From Candidatus Cloacimonadota bacterium (GTDB taxonomy: Bacteria > Cloacimonadota > Cloacimonadia > G963667145), in NCBI GenBank assembly GCA_963676615.1, contig OY781092.1, positions 800,001 through 864,000 of the forward strand: a stretch of DNA of 64,000 nucleotides, given 5' to 3'. This document shows positions 42,138-51,808 of this stretch, one piece after another. Both the position numbers and the translations under genes were made by a program. The notes under the pieces were generated by a model. It ran no database searches. It had not been told where the DNA came from and worked only from the letters and a program-made list of their open reading frames with translations. Position 1 is the stretch's first letter. Each line of letters begins with the position of its first letter.

Positions 42138-42904
42138 TTGCTTGCCTCCACAATCGCTCTCTCGATTAACCCCTGAGCCAAAGCTTTGCGATACTCAACG
42201 CTACCTCTGATGTCTTTGCCGAACTCGATCTCGCCAGCAGCCAAAGCAGCCACACTCGCAGCGTCTTTGCCCTCTGCAAAAGCTTTTTCCGCACCGCTAG
42301 CTCTTTTTGCCACTTGCGGTCTTGCACCCACGCTGATAGCCAAGCTATCGCCTTTTTTGGCAACCGCAACATTCAAAACACCAATATCCAGCGTCGTGTG
42401 CTGCAAAATTTGGAAGCTAACACCGTCGAAATTATCGCTAACCACGATTTTTTCCAAAAGGTCGCTTCCACGCTCTCCAGCCAAAAATTCGCCAATGCCC
42501 ATCTCTTTACCAGAAGCGAAAACCAAGCGAGCATCCAACGCAACCAAAGCCGTAATCAAGTTCGAATAGCCCGAACCAGACATCACCGCACCACCAATCG
42601 TCGCCATATTCCTGAACTGCACACCCAATATCAAAGAAGCCGCTTTGCTCAGCGCTCCATCAAAAAACTTCGCCGTCTCCAGCTCCACTTTCCGCAAAGA
42701 GGCAGTCGCCCCAATCTCCACTACATCACCGTTTTTGTTGATAAAATCAAGCCCTAACGCTGACAAATCTACAGCCTTACGACATTTCGTTTTGGCAAAT
42801 CTCAAAAAAAGCCCACCAGCAACAGCAACACTGCCAGAATCCGCCATCAGCTTTGCAGCCTCAGGCAAGCTTTTTGGAGTCACAATTTCATCAAATCTAA
42901 ACAT
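42134..42904 (-). CDS. Mo-hydroxylase FAD-binding subunit (YgfM-like)
   Basis: AGGLFLR, QFRNMATIGG, DIRGSVEYR; start MFRFDE with GGAGG RBS. Confidence 0.88.
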   Translation of the reverse strand: MFRFDEIVTPKSLPEAAKLMADSGSVAVAGGLFLRFAKTKCRKAVDLSALGLDFINKNGDVVEIGATASLRKVELETAKFFDGALSKAASLILGVQFRNMATIGGAVMSGSGYSNLITALVALDARLVFASGKEMGIGEFLAGERGSDLLEKIVVSDNFDGVSFQILQHTTLDIGVLNVAVAKKGDSLAISVGARPQVAKRASGAEKAFAEGKDAASVAALAAGEIEFGKDIRGSVEYRKALAQGLIERAIVEASK

Positions 42905-43719
42905 CTCATCCTCCATCACTTAAAATATTTGTCCGAAATCAAAGCAAATGCTAAATGTGTCAACTATTAGTTTTGAATTTCAACCAAACGCCTTTGAACA
43001 AAGGTTTTTGTCCGACTTGTGAGAAAATTTTGCTTTTTTTAACGCTTAATTATTAGGAAGTGAAGACGGTCGGCGGCAATATTATCACTCATCAATTGCT
43101 TTGGAGCGCCAGCGACAAAGCCTTCGCCTGCGGCGGGCTTTCTCCTTTTCGGGCGTCCGAAAAGAGAAACAGAAAAGGACGCCCGCTTCAAATAGCCAGC
43201 GAGGTTTCGAGAGGTGTCCCAAGAGTTCCGAGGTGAAGAGCACCTCCGCAATTTTTTAGTAGCTGTTTTAGTTGCGATAGCCTGCTTTGCAGTTTTTGTG
43301 GACGGCTGTTTTTCTCGCTGTCTCACCCGATGAAGCGGGATGCCGCCCCGCCCGCCTGCTCGCCTAGACTGGCGATAGGGCGGAAACCTCCGCTTCAGAA
43401 AAGACTAAAGACACGAACTGTTGTCTTTTGAGCCTGCAACGCTAACCAAAGAAAACCAAAACCTTGCGAAAAAATACACGGGAACGACCACACTTTACTC
43501 TTTCTGGTGACTCGGAGCGTCTTTTGGCATTGAAGCGGAGCGGTTTTCTTTTCTCCTCTATATTTTCTTTGAGCGGTCAAAGAAAAGATGGAGTCACGCT
43601 GAAAGCGTCGCAGTTTTTTTCTCTTACAGAGGGATTATTCGTTACCTTTTTTTGTCTGAACAAAGAAAGGTAACACCAAAAAAAATCAAATCATAAGCCT
43701 AAATTCTAACTTGCAAAAC

Positions 43720-45035
43720 GGCACTGTCCAAAAAAGTGTGTCTGCAGCAAAAAAAACTAGACACAAAAAAAGAATCTCCAATTTTTATAAAAAAAAGAAC
43801 AAAAAAGGAGATTCTTATGCGATTTAACGCAAGTCAACTACAAAAAATTTTAGACGAAAATGTCAATGATTATGGCGCGAATAAATTGATCGAGTTCGTT
43901 TTTAACAGCCTTATGAAGCTGGAAAGACAGGCTTTTATGGCGGAAAACAAAAGCTCAAACAACAAAGGCAACGGCTATCGCAGCAGGTGTTTTTCATCTC
44001 TCAGCGGCAAAATTCAATTCAAAATTCCGCGCGACAGATTCGGTCAATTTTATCCATTTATCTTGGAAATTTTGAAAAAGCAGGAGCAAGAAGTACGAGA
44101 ATTGGCGTTTCAGCTGTATGCTAAAGGCTTGTCTACCAGAGACATAGAGAATGTTTTCGCAAATGTTTTTGGCACGAATTACAAAAAATCGACCATCAGC
44201 AATATCAGCCAAGAATTCAAAGAATTGTTGACAAATTGGCGAAATAGGCCGCTAGAAAAAAACTATCCGATTATTATGATTGACGCCATACATTCCAAAT
44301 TGAGGCGGCTCGACAGTGTTGAAACTGAGGCGTTTTGCGTGGTTATCGGCGTCCGAGAGGACAAAAGTCGGGACATTTTGGCGCTCGAAAATATCCCGAC
44401 CGAGAGCGCTGCTGGCTGGGAATTCTTGTTTAATCGCCTAAAATCGCGAGGCTTGCAAACGACAAAATTGGTCGTGGCTGACGGCCTTGTTGGGCTGGAA
44501 AATGTGGTGAGCAAAGTTTTTAAAAATGCGAAATTTCAAAAGTGTGTAACTCACTTTAAAAGAAGTCTATTAGCTAAGGTCAGGAATAGTGATAAAAGCG
44601 AAATTAGCGACGATTTGAAGGAAATTTTTTGCGTCGGACAAGAACGCTATACGAAAGAAATTGCTTTGAAAAATTTGGATAATTTTGCGAAAAAATGGGG
44701 AGATAAGTATCGATTTACCAAGAAGTTATTAAACAGAGACGATGTCGTTTATTATTTCACTTTTTTGGAGTTTGACCACAGAATTCAGCGGCTGATTTAC
44801 ACCACAAATTGGATCGAAAATTTGAATAAACAGTTTCGGAAAGTTTTGAAAATCAGGAACTCGATGCCCAGCGATGAGTCTGTGCTACTGCTGCTGAGCA
44901 AGGTCGCGATGGACAAGGTCGATAAATATCTGAATTATCCGATTTATCAATTTAAATTTGACAAAATTTTGTTCCCAGAAAGTTAAGAAAATGGAAACCA
45001 AATTGGAGATTAGACACACTTTTTTGGACGGTGCC
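43720..45035 (+). mobile_element. IS256-family insertion sequence, copy 1 (1316 bp)
   Basis: TIRs GGCACTGTCCAAAAAAGTGTGTCT / AGACACACTTTTTTGGACGGTGCC; 8-bp target duplication TGCAAAAC at 43712-43719 and 45036-45043. Confidence 0.96.
43817..44986 (+). CDS. IS256-family transposase
   Basis: NGYR, IPRDR, GLSTRDI, IDA, VADG, QKCVTH, YTTNWIE; ATG 43817 after AAGGAG. Confidence 0.95.
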   Translation: MRFNASQLQKILDENVNDYGANKLIEFVFNSLMKLERQAFMAENKSSNNKGNGYRSRCFSSLSGKIQFKIPRDRFGQFYPFILEILKKQEQEVRELAFQLYAKGLSTRDIENVFANVFGTNYKKSTISNISQEFKELLTNWRNRPLEKNYPIIMIDAIHSKLRRLDSVETEAFCVVIGVREDKSRDILALENIPTESAAGWEFLFNRLKSRGLQTTKLVVADGLVGLENVVSKVFKNAKFQKCVTHFKRSLLAKVRNSDKSEISDDLKEIFCVGQERYTKEIALKNLDNFAKKWGDKYRFTKKLLNRDDVVYYFTFLEFDHRIQRLIYTTNWIENLNKQFRKVLKIRNSMPSDESVLLLLSKVAMDKVDKYLNYPIYQFKFDKILFPES

Positions 45036-45930
45036 TGCAAAACTCGCTCGTTGCGGCTGTAGCAAAGGCTTTAAGATCAAGTCGGGCAGCCCTTTCGTAA
45101 GAGATTAAATCCTTTGGACAGCCAGCTAACTTCAGTCGTTTGAGCAAGTTTGACGAATTGAGTCTTGAATGATTGCTAACCCGCCCCGCCCGCTTGCTCG
45201 CCTAGACTGGCGATGGGGCGGCGGCGGAATTATCAATTTTCAATTTTTATTTATCAATTGCTTTGGAGCGCCAGCGACAAAGCTTTCGCCTGCGGCGGGC
45301 TTTCTCCTTTTCGTCCGTCCGAAAAGAGAAACAGAAAATGACGCCCGCTTCAAATCTGACACCAAAATAGAGGCTTATCATTTGCTGCTTATATTTTGGT
45401 GTCAGAACCCGATGAAGCGGGATGCCGCCTCTCCCGCTTGTGCGCTCTTCAGCTGGGAAGAAGCAGGCAATAAAAACTCAAATCGGGAAGCGTAAATCTG
45501 ACCACATAAATACGGCTAATCATTTGAGACTTCATTTATGTGGTCAGATAGCTTAACGATTTCGTTTTTTGGTTTTTCTTTGGTTTTTCTTTGGTTTGGG
45601 CATCCAAAAGAAAGGTAAATAAAAAATCACGCTGAAAGCGTCGCGCTTCTCATCCGTGCAGAGCAAGGAGTGCCTGGATTCCTGCCTGCGCAGGAATGAG
45701 GGGGGACTTATGTTTTCCCAAGACGCCAAGGCGTGCCTTGGGCTTCCTGCCTTTCTTCCCTCATTCTCACGGAAGTGGGAATCCATCTCTAACACTATTC
45801 TGAGAAATGTGGCTGGGCGGTGGCGGAATTATCAACTATCAATTGTAACTCATCAATTGCTTTGGAGCGCCAGCGACAAAGCCTTTATTTACTGCTTATA
45901 TTTTGGTGTCAGACCTGCCTGTCTTCAAAC

Positions 45931-45964
45931 AAAAAAAGGAGACTCTTTTAACAAAAGAGTCTCC
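45931..45964 (-). terminator. Intrinsic terminator of the FN3/FGE lipoprotein gene
   Basis: GGAGACTCTTTT...AAAAGAGTCTCC stem followed by a minus-strand T-run. Confidence 0.75.
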
Positions 45965-45989
45965 AAAATAAAGAAACAACTGTCTATAA

Positions 45990-48900
45990 CTAATGTGAAC
46001 TAGAAATGCGGAATCCTATAACATCATAATCTAAAGAAAAATCAAGTCCTGATCTATAATAAACTGTGCAGTAACTTTCAAGTTTACTATACCCGCCCCC
46101 TCTAACAACGCGCTCTGTTCCAGTTTCTGGTCCAGTAGGATCTAACTTTGGACTATTAAAATAGTATGCAGGACTATAAATATCTCTACATAATTCAAAA
46201 ACATTACCGCTCATATCATAAATGCCTAACTCATTTGGCAACAGTCCTCCAACTGGATGGGTTTTGTTATCAGAAGAAGTTTTATACCAGCCACATTTTA
46301 TTAAAGCTTCATCTCCAGAATAAAGCGTTGATTCACTTTTAGTTCCCCCACGAGCAGCAAACTCCCACTGAGCCTCTGTAGGCAACCTATATCTATCAGT
46401 GCTTTCTTTCATATTCAAAAATTCCACAAAAGCGTCCGCTCCATAACAACTAACATAGTTTATCGGGTAATTCTCATTATCTCCGATTACATACAAACTG
46501 TCGCTTCCCGCATCATACCCTATTTTCGGCTGATGATAATCTAAAGTTAACAATTTATTTTCCCCATACATCACCAAGTCTGTGCTGAAACTCAAGCCTT
46601 CCACTCCATTACGCTTTGCCCAATTAAACAGCTCCACAACTTGACCAACAGTAACCTCATGCTTGCCCATATAATAATCTTTGCTTATAAGCACAGTATG
46701 CACAGGCTTAGATTTATTATTACCTTCTTCAGAGCCCATTTCAAAAGAGTCAGCCTCTACCACCACGAAATCCATATTCAAGCTATTGGTAAAAGTTGCT
46801 GCTTCGGTAGTAAAACTCTTGGTCTCACTCACAAGCCTATCATCACCCCGTTTCACCTCAACTTTCCAATAATATTTTGTGCTACATTCCAAGTCCGTTT
46901 TAATGAAACTATCCACCGTTAAACCTGCTGCAGCTACTGACAAACTTCCTTCAGATGTTCCAAAATAAACATCGTAGCTATCTCCATTGCTCGTCCAAGA
47001 AAGCTCTACCTTCAAATTTTGCCCTGTCGCATCATTGTCTGGGCCGCCTAGAGACACAACAAGCTCCTCTTTAGTCGTAAAGCTCCTCACGCTGCTAGAA
47101 ACATCGGCAAAGCCGTCTTTTTTGGTGATAACTTTCCAATAGTATTTTGTGTTATAAGCCAAACCGCTTTTTGTCCAAGAATTTCCTGTCAAGCCACTTG
47201 CTGCTTTTTCCCAATTTGAGTTGTCTTTGCTAATAAAGACAGAGTAATTATCGCCACTACCAGTCCAGCTCAAATCTACGCTCAAATTTTGCCCTGTCGC
47301 ATTTTCCTCTGGAGATGTCAAAGAAACCTTGATATTATCTTTTGTCGTAAAACTTTGAATTTCGGTCTCTTCGGTCTCATCGCCTCTTTTCGTCACAACT
47401 TTCCAGTAGTAAGTCGTCTCATATTCCAAGCCTTTTGCCTGATATTCGCTAGAGGTCAATCCATTAGCGACACTAATCAAATTGGACGCATCTTTTCCCA
47501 TATAAATGTCATAACTATAGCCGTTGCCACTCCAAAAAAGATTCACTGTCAAATTTTGTTCTGCTGCGCTATCTGCTGGCGAAACCAGACTAACAGCCAA
47601 CTTCGCTTTAGTCGTAAAGCTTTGAACGCCGCTCTCCACATCTACATAACCGCTTTTCTTCGCCACAACTTTCCAGTAGTAAGTCGTGCTGTAATCCAAG
47701 TCACCTTTTATCAAAACTTCAGCCGCATGACTACTAGATATTTTGTCCAAATTGTTAGAATCCTCACCAAAATAAACATCGTAACTATCGGCGTTTCCGT
47801 TCCAAGTCAAATCAACACTCAAATTTTGCTCTGTCGCACTGTCCGCTGGAGAAGTCAAAGAAACTACAAGCTCTTCTTTAGTTGTAAAACTGTTAATTCC
47901 GCTCTCACGCATCTCATCGCCTCTTTTTGCCACAACCTTCCAATAGTAAGTTTTGCTATACGCCAACAAGCTTTTCACATAATTTTTTCCCGAAAGATCA
48001 TTAATCTCTTCGCCCAAACTAGTAGAATCAGTTCCAAAGAAAACAGTATAACTATCGCCATTACTAGTCCAAGTCAAATTAACGCTTAGGTTTTGATTTA
48101 TAGCATTTTCCACTGGAGAGCTCAAGCTAACTGCAAGCTCTTCTTTAGTCGTAAAGCTCCTCACGCCGCTAGAAACATCGTCAAATCCATCTTTCTTAGT
48201 GATAACTTTCCAGTAGTAAGTCGAGTCATAAGCCAAGCCTGTTATTAGGTAATTTTTGTCAGTAGTTGCTGTTTTTTTGCTCAAATTGGCCGCAGAAGTT
48301 CCAAACCACACCTCATAACTACTACCTGTGCCGTCCCAAATCAAATCTACGCTCAAGTTTTGACCTGTCGCATTTTCCTCTGGAGAAGTCAAAGACACCT
48401 TGATATTTTCCTTAGTCTTAAAGCTTTGAACGCCGCTTTTTGCAGTTTCGTTGCCTCTATTGGCTACAACTTCCCAATAATAGGTCTTTTCGTAATCCAA
48501 ATCGTCTTTCGACAAAAATTTTGTTTTTTGTCCGCTAGAAATTTCTTTCAAATTTTCAGAATCCTCTCCAAAATAAACATCGTAACTATCGGCGTTTCCG
48601 TTCCAAGTCAAATCAACACTCAAATTTTGCTCTGTCGCACTGTCCGCTGGAGAAGTCAAAGAAACTACAAGCTCTTCTTTAGTTGTAAAACTGTTAATTC
48701 CGCTCTCACGCGTCTCATCGCCTCTTTTTGCCACAACTTTCCAGTAGTAAGTCGAGTCATAATCCAAGCCTGTTATTAAGTAATTTTTGTCAGTAGTTGT
48801 TGCTTTATTGCTCAAACTCTCCGCAGAAGTTCCAAACCACACCTCATAGCTGCTACCTGTGCCGTCCCAGCTCAAATCTACGCTCAAGTTTTGGCCTGTC

Positions 48901-51185
48901 GCTTTGTTCGCTGGAGAAGTCAAAGATACCTTGATATTCTCCTTAGTCGTAAAGCTCCTCACACTACTTTCCACATCGTCAAATCCCTCTTCCTTGGTGA
49001 TAACTTTCCAGTAGTAAGTCGTGCTGTAAGCCAAGTTTGTTATTTCATATTCTTCGATGGATGTTGCTGTTTTTTTGCTCAAATTGTCCGCAGAAGTTCC
49101 AAACCACACCTCATAACTGCTACCTGTGCTTGTCCATCTCAAATCTACGCTCAAGTTTTGGTCTGTCGCATTTTTCTCTGGAGAAGTCAAAGAAACCTTG
49201 ATATTCTCCTTAGTCGTAAAGCTCCTCACGCCGCTAGAAACATCGTCAAATCCATCTTTCTTAGTGATAACTTTCCAGTAGTAAGTCGAGTCATAAGCCA
49301 AGCCTGTTATTGAGCAATTTTTTTCAGTAATTGTTGCTGTTTTTTTGCTCAAATTGTCCGCAGAAGTTCCAAACCACACCTCATAACTACTACCTGTGCC
49401 GTCCCAAATCAAATCTACGCTCAAGTTTTGGCCTGTCGCTTTGTCCAACGGAGAACTCAAAGAAACCTTGATATTTTCCTTAGTCTTAAAGCTTTGAACG
49501 CCGCTTTTTGCAGTTTCGTTGCCTCTATTGGCTACAACTTCCCAATAATAGGTCTTTTCGTAATCCAAATCGTCTTTCAACAAAAATTTTGTTTTTTGTT
49601 CGCTAGAAATTTCTTTCAAATTTTCAGAATCCTCTCCAAAATAGACATCGTAGCTTTTGCCGTTACCGTCCCAATTCAAATTGACACTCAAGTTTTGATT
49701 TACAGTGTCTGCCGCTGGAGAAATCAGACTAACAGTAAGCACATCTTTTGTCTTAAAATGTTGAAGATCGCCCTCTAAAAGATCGTTACCTCTTATTACA
49801 TCCACTTTCCAATAGTAGTCGGTGCTATTTTTCAAATCAGCCTTGTTGAAGATAGTATCAGTCAACCCATTGCCGATTATATCCATATTTCCAAGTTTCC
49901 CGAAATACAATTTGTAACTGTCGCCATTGCTACTCCAAGCCAAATCGACGCTCAAGTCTTGCTCTGTTGCATCTGCCGCTGGCGAAAGATAAGCAAGCCT
50001 TGGAGCGTCTTCGGTTGTAAAGCTGCGCACATCACTAAAAGTGGACTGCTCGCCTCTTTTCGCCTCTACCTTCCAGAAATAAGTTTTTTCGTTCTCTAAA
50101 TTGTTTTTTGTATAACTCTCCGCTCCGCTAACAGCAATTTTTTCGTTCAAATTATCACTGCTTGTTCCAAAATAGACAATATAGCTCTCGGCGTTGCCGT
50201 CCCAAGTTAAATCGACACTCAAATCTTGATCTATGGCGTTGTTAGCTGGAGAATCCAAAGAAACTTCAAGCTCGCCACTTGTTACAAAGTGACTGACGCT
50301 ACTTTCCACATCCTCGTATTCATATTTCGTAGCAACAACCTTCCAATAATAGGTTGTGTTGTAATCCAAAAGATCAGATGTATATTTTTTTTCACTTGTT
50401 TGCGGAATCTTTTGGTCAATAGAGTTTTCATCTGTGCCAAAATAAACATCGTATTTATCGGCGTTGCCTTCCCAAGACAGATTAACTTTTATCCCTTGGC
50501 TAGTAAAAACCTCTTGATAATCAGCCAAAGAAACAAAAAGTTCATCTTTTGTGCTAAAGCTCTTTATTTCGCTAAAAAGATTGTCGTAACCGTCTTTAAC
50601 AGCCACTATTTGCCAGTAATAGGTGGTAGCATATTTCAAACCTTTCTTTTCGAATGTTGTGCCTGTTACATACCCCAAATTTTTCAGAGCAGCACTATTC
50701 TCTCCAAACCAAACATAATAACCATCGGCGTTTCCGTCCCAACTCAAAGAAACGCTCGGCGCTGTTTTGTCTCCCTCTTCTGGATACAACAAACTTACTT
50801 TGATGTCTTCTTTGGTCGTAAACATCCGCACACCGCTAGACACATCGCTCAAGCCGTTCTTTTTAGCCACTATCTGCCAAAGATAAGTCGTTTCTCCTTC
50901 CAAATCGTTAGCCGTATAAACAGTTGATGTTATATTGCTAGCGACCTTTTTAAGGTTCGCCAAATTTGTCCCAAGATAAACATCGTAGCGATCAGCGTTG
51001 CTATTCCAAGAAAAATCGACGCTAAAATCCTGCTCCGTCTCATTATTATCTGGAGACAGCAATGTCAGCGAAATACTTCCAGTATCGTCCTCAGTATTTT
51101 CGTCTCCAACGCTTGACTGAAGACATCCAACTAGCGCAAAAGCAAGCAAGCCCAGTGCCACAATAAACCTCAAAAAATTTTTCAT
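45990..51185 (-). CDS. Lipoprotein with 16 FN3-like repeats and a C-terminal FGE-sulfatase (SUMF1, C-type-lectin-fold) domain
   Basis: LVGC lipobox; 16 Y(Y/L/F)W repeats counted; FEMGS, RLPTEAQWEFAARGG, LGIYDMSGNV, RVVRGG, IGFR. Confidence 0.9.
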   Translation of the reverse strand: MKNFLRFIVALGLLAFALVGCLQSSVGDENTEDDTGSISLTLLSPDNNETEQDFSVDFSWNSNADRYDVYLGTNLANLKKVASNITSTVYTANDLEGETTYLWQIVAKKNGLSDVSSGVRMFTTKEDIKVSLLYPEEGDKTAPSVSLSWDGNADGYYVWFGENSAALKNLGYVTGTTFEKKGLKYATTYYWQIVAVKDGYDNLFSEIKSFSTKDELFVSLADYQEVFTSQGIKVNLSWEGNADKYDVYFGTDENSIDQKIPQTSEKKYTSDLLDYNTTYYWKVVATKYEYEDVESSVSHFVTSGELEVSLDSPANNAIDQDLSVDLTWDGNAESYIVYFGTSSDNLNEKIAVSGAESYTKNNLENEKTYFWKVEAKRGEQSTFSDVRSFTTEDAPRLAYLSPAADATEQDLSVDLAWSSNGDSYKLYFGKLGNMDIIGNGLTDTIFNKADLKNSTDYYWKVDVIRGNDLLEGDLQHFKTKDVLTVSLISPAADTVNQNLSVNLNWDGNGKSYDVYFGEDSENLKEISSEQKTKFLLKDDLDYEKTYYWEVVANRGNETAKSGVQSFKTKENIKVSLSSPLDKATGQNLSVDLIWDGTGSSYEVWFGTSADNLSKKTATITEKNCSITGLAYDSTYYWKVITKKDGFDDVSSGVRSFTTKENIKVSLTSPEKNATDQNLSVDLRWTSTGSSYEVWFGTSADNLSKKTATSIEEYEITNLAYSTTYYWKVITKEEGFDDVESSVRSFTTKENIKVSLTSPANKATGQNLSVDLSWDGTGSSYEVWFGTSAESLSNKATTTDKNYLITGLDYDSTYYWKVVAKRGDETRESGINSFTTKEELVVSLTSPADSATEQNLSVDLTWNGNADSYDVYFGEDSENLKEISSGQKTKFLSKDDLDYEKTYYWEVVANRGNETAKSGVQSFKTKENIKVSLTSPEENATGQNLSVDLIWDGTGSSYEVWFGTSAANLSKKTATTDKNYLITGLAYDSTYYWKVITKKDGFDDVSSGVRSFTTKEELAVSLSSPVENAINQNLSVNLTWTSNGDSYTVFFGTDSTSLGEEINDLSGKNYVKSLLAYSKTYYWKVVAKRGDEMRESGINSFTTKEELVVSLTSPADSATEQNLSVDLTWNGNADSYDVYFGEDSNNLDKISSSHAAEVLIKGDLDYSTTYYWKVVAKKSGYVDVESGVQSFTTKAKLAVSLVSPADSAAEQNLTVNLFWSGNGYSYDIYMGKDASNLISVANGLTSSEYQAKGLEYETTYYWKVVTKRGDETEETEIQSFTTKDNIKVSLTSPEENATGQNLSVDLSWTGSGDNYSVFISKDNSNWEKAASGLTGNSWTKSGLAYNTKYYWKVITKKDGFADVSSSVRSFTTKEELVVSLGGPDNDATGQNLKVELSWTSNGDSYDVYFGTSEGSLSVAAAGLTVDSFIKTDLECSTKYYWKVEVKRGDDRLVSETKSFTTEAATFTNSLNMDFVVVEADSFEMGSEEGNNKSKPVHTVLISKDYYMGKHEVTVGQVVELFNWAKRNGVEGLSFSTDLVMYGENKLLTLDYHQPKIGYDAGSDSLYVIGDNENYPINYVSCYGADAFVEFLNMKESTDRYRLPTEAQWEFAARGGTKSESTLYSGDEALIKCGWYKTSSDNKTHPVGGLLPNELGIYDMSGNVFELCRDIYSPAYYFNSPKLDPTGPETGTERVVRGGGYSKLESYCTVYYRSGLDFSLDYDVIGFRISSSH

Positions 51186-51267
51186 AATAACTCTCCTATT
51201 ATTATACTATTAATAACAAAGTTCCCCAACACTGGTTTTTCGTCAAGAGTTAGCCCCAACAATTCGA

Positions 51268-51808
51268 AAGGAATGAGGGGTTTTCTTTTATCAGAGGGGC
51301 TCTTCGTTACCTTTTTTTGTCTGAACAAAAATAAGGTAACACCAAAAAAAATCAAATCATAAGCCTAAATTCTAGCTTGCAAAACTCGCTAGTTGTGGCT
51401 GTAGCAAAGGCTTTAAGATCAAGTCGGGCAGTCCTTTCGTAAGAGATTAAATCCTTTGGACAGCCAGCTAACTTCAGTCGTTTGAGCAAGTTCACGAATT
51501 GAGTCTTGAATGATTGCTAACCCGCCCCGCTCCTCTGCTCGCTGTAGCGTTGTGATTTTTCCCAAGACGCTAAAGCGTGCTTGCCGCTTCTTGCCTTTCT
51601 TCCCTCATTCTCGCGGAAGCGGGAATCCATCTCTAACACCATTCTACGAAAAGGGGTCGGGTAGCGGCGGAATTATCAATTTTCAATTTTTATTTATCAA
51701 TTGCTTTGGAGCACAGCGACAAAGCCTCTGCCTGCGCAGGAATGAGGGGACTCTTAGGCGGTGGAATTATCAACTATCAATTGCTTTGGAGCGATGAGCG
51801 ACAAAGCC
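51268..51808. repeat. Intergenic mosaic of palindromic modules
   Basis: GTTACC/GGTAAC hairpin, intact 161-bp hairpin (51355-51515), REP (51602-51629), heptamer modules. Confidence 0.9.

Larger units (their letters stand above)
43070..45920. repeat. Intergenic mosaic of palindromic modules, interrupted by IS256
   Basis: Heptamer module, ~455-bp element (43141-43595), 161-bp hairpin split by the IS, 52-bp hairpins (45355-45406, 45497-45548), inverted REP pair (~45675-45785). Confidence 0.9.

Noticed and set aside
45990..46125. Complete diversity-generating retroelement
   Set aside because: FGE-type C-terminus is present, but I found no template repeat, reverse transcriptase or avd gene in the window.
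51355..51515. Integron attC sites / classical integron
   Set aside because: Ends do not fit RYYYAAC/GTTRRRY well, the hairpin is not next to stop codons, and no tyrosine integrase is present.
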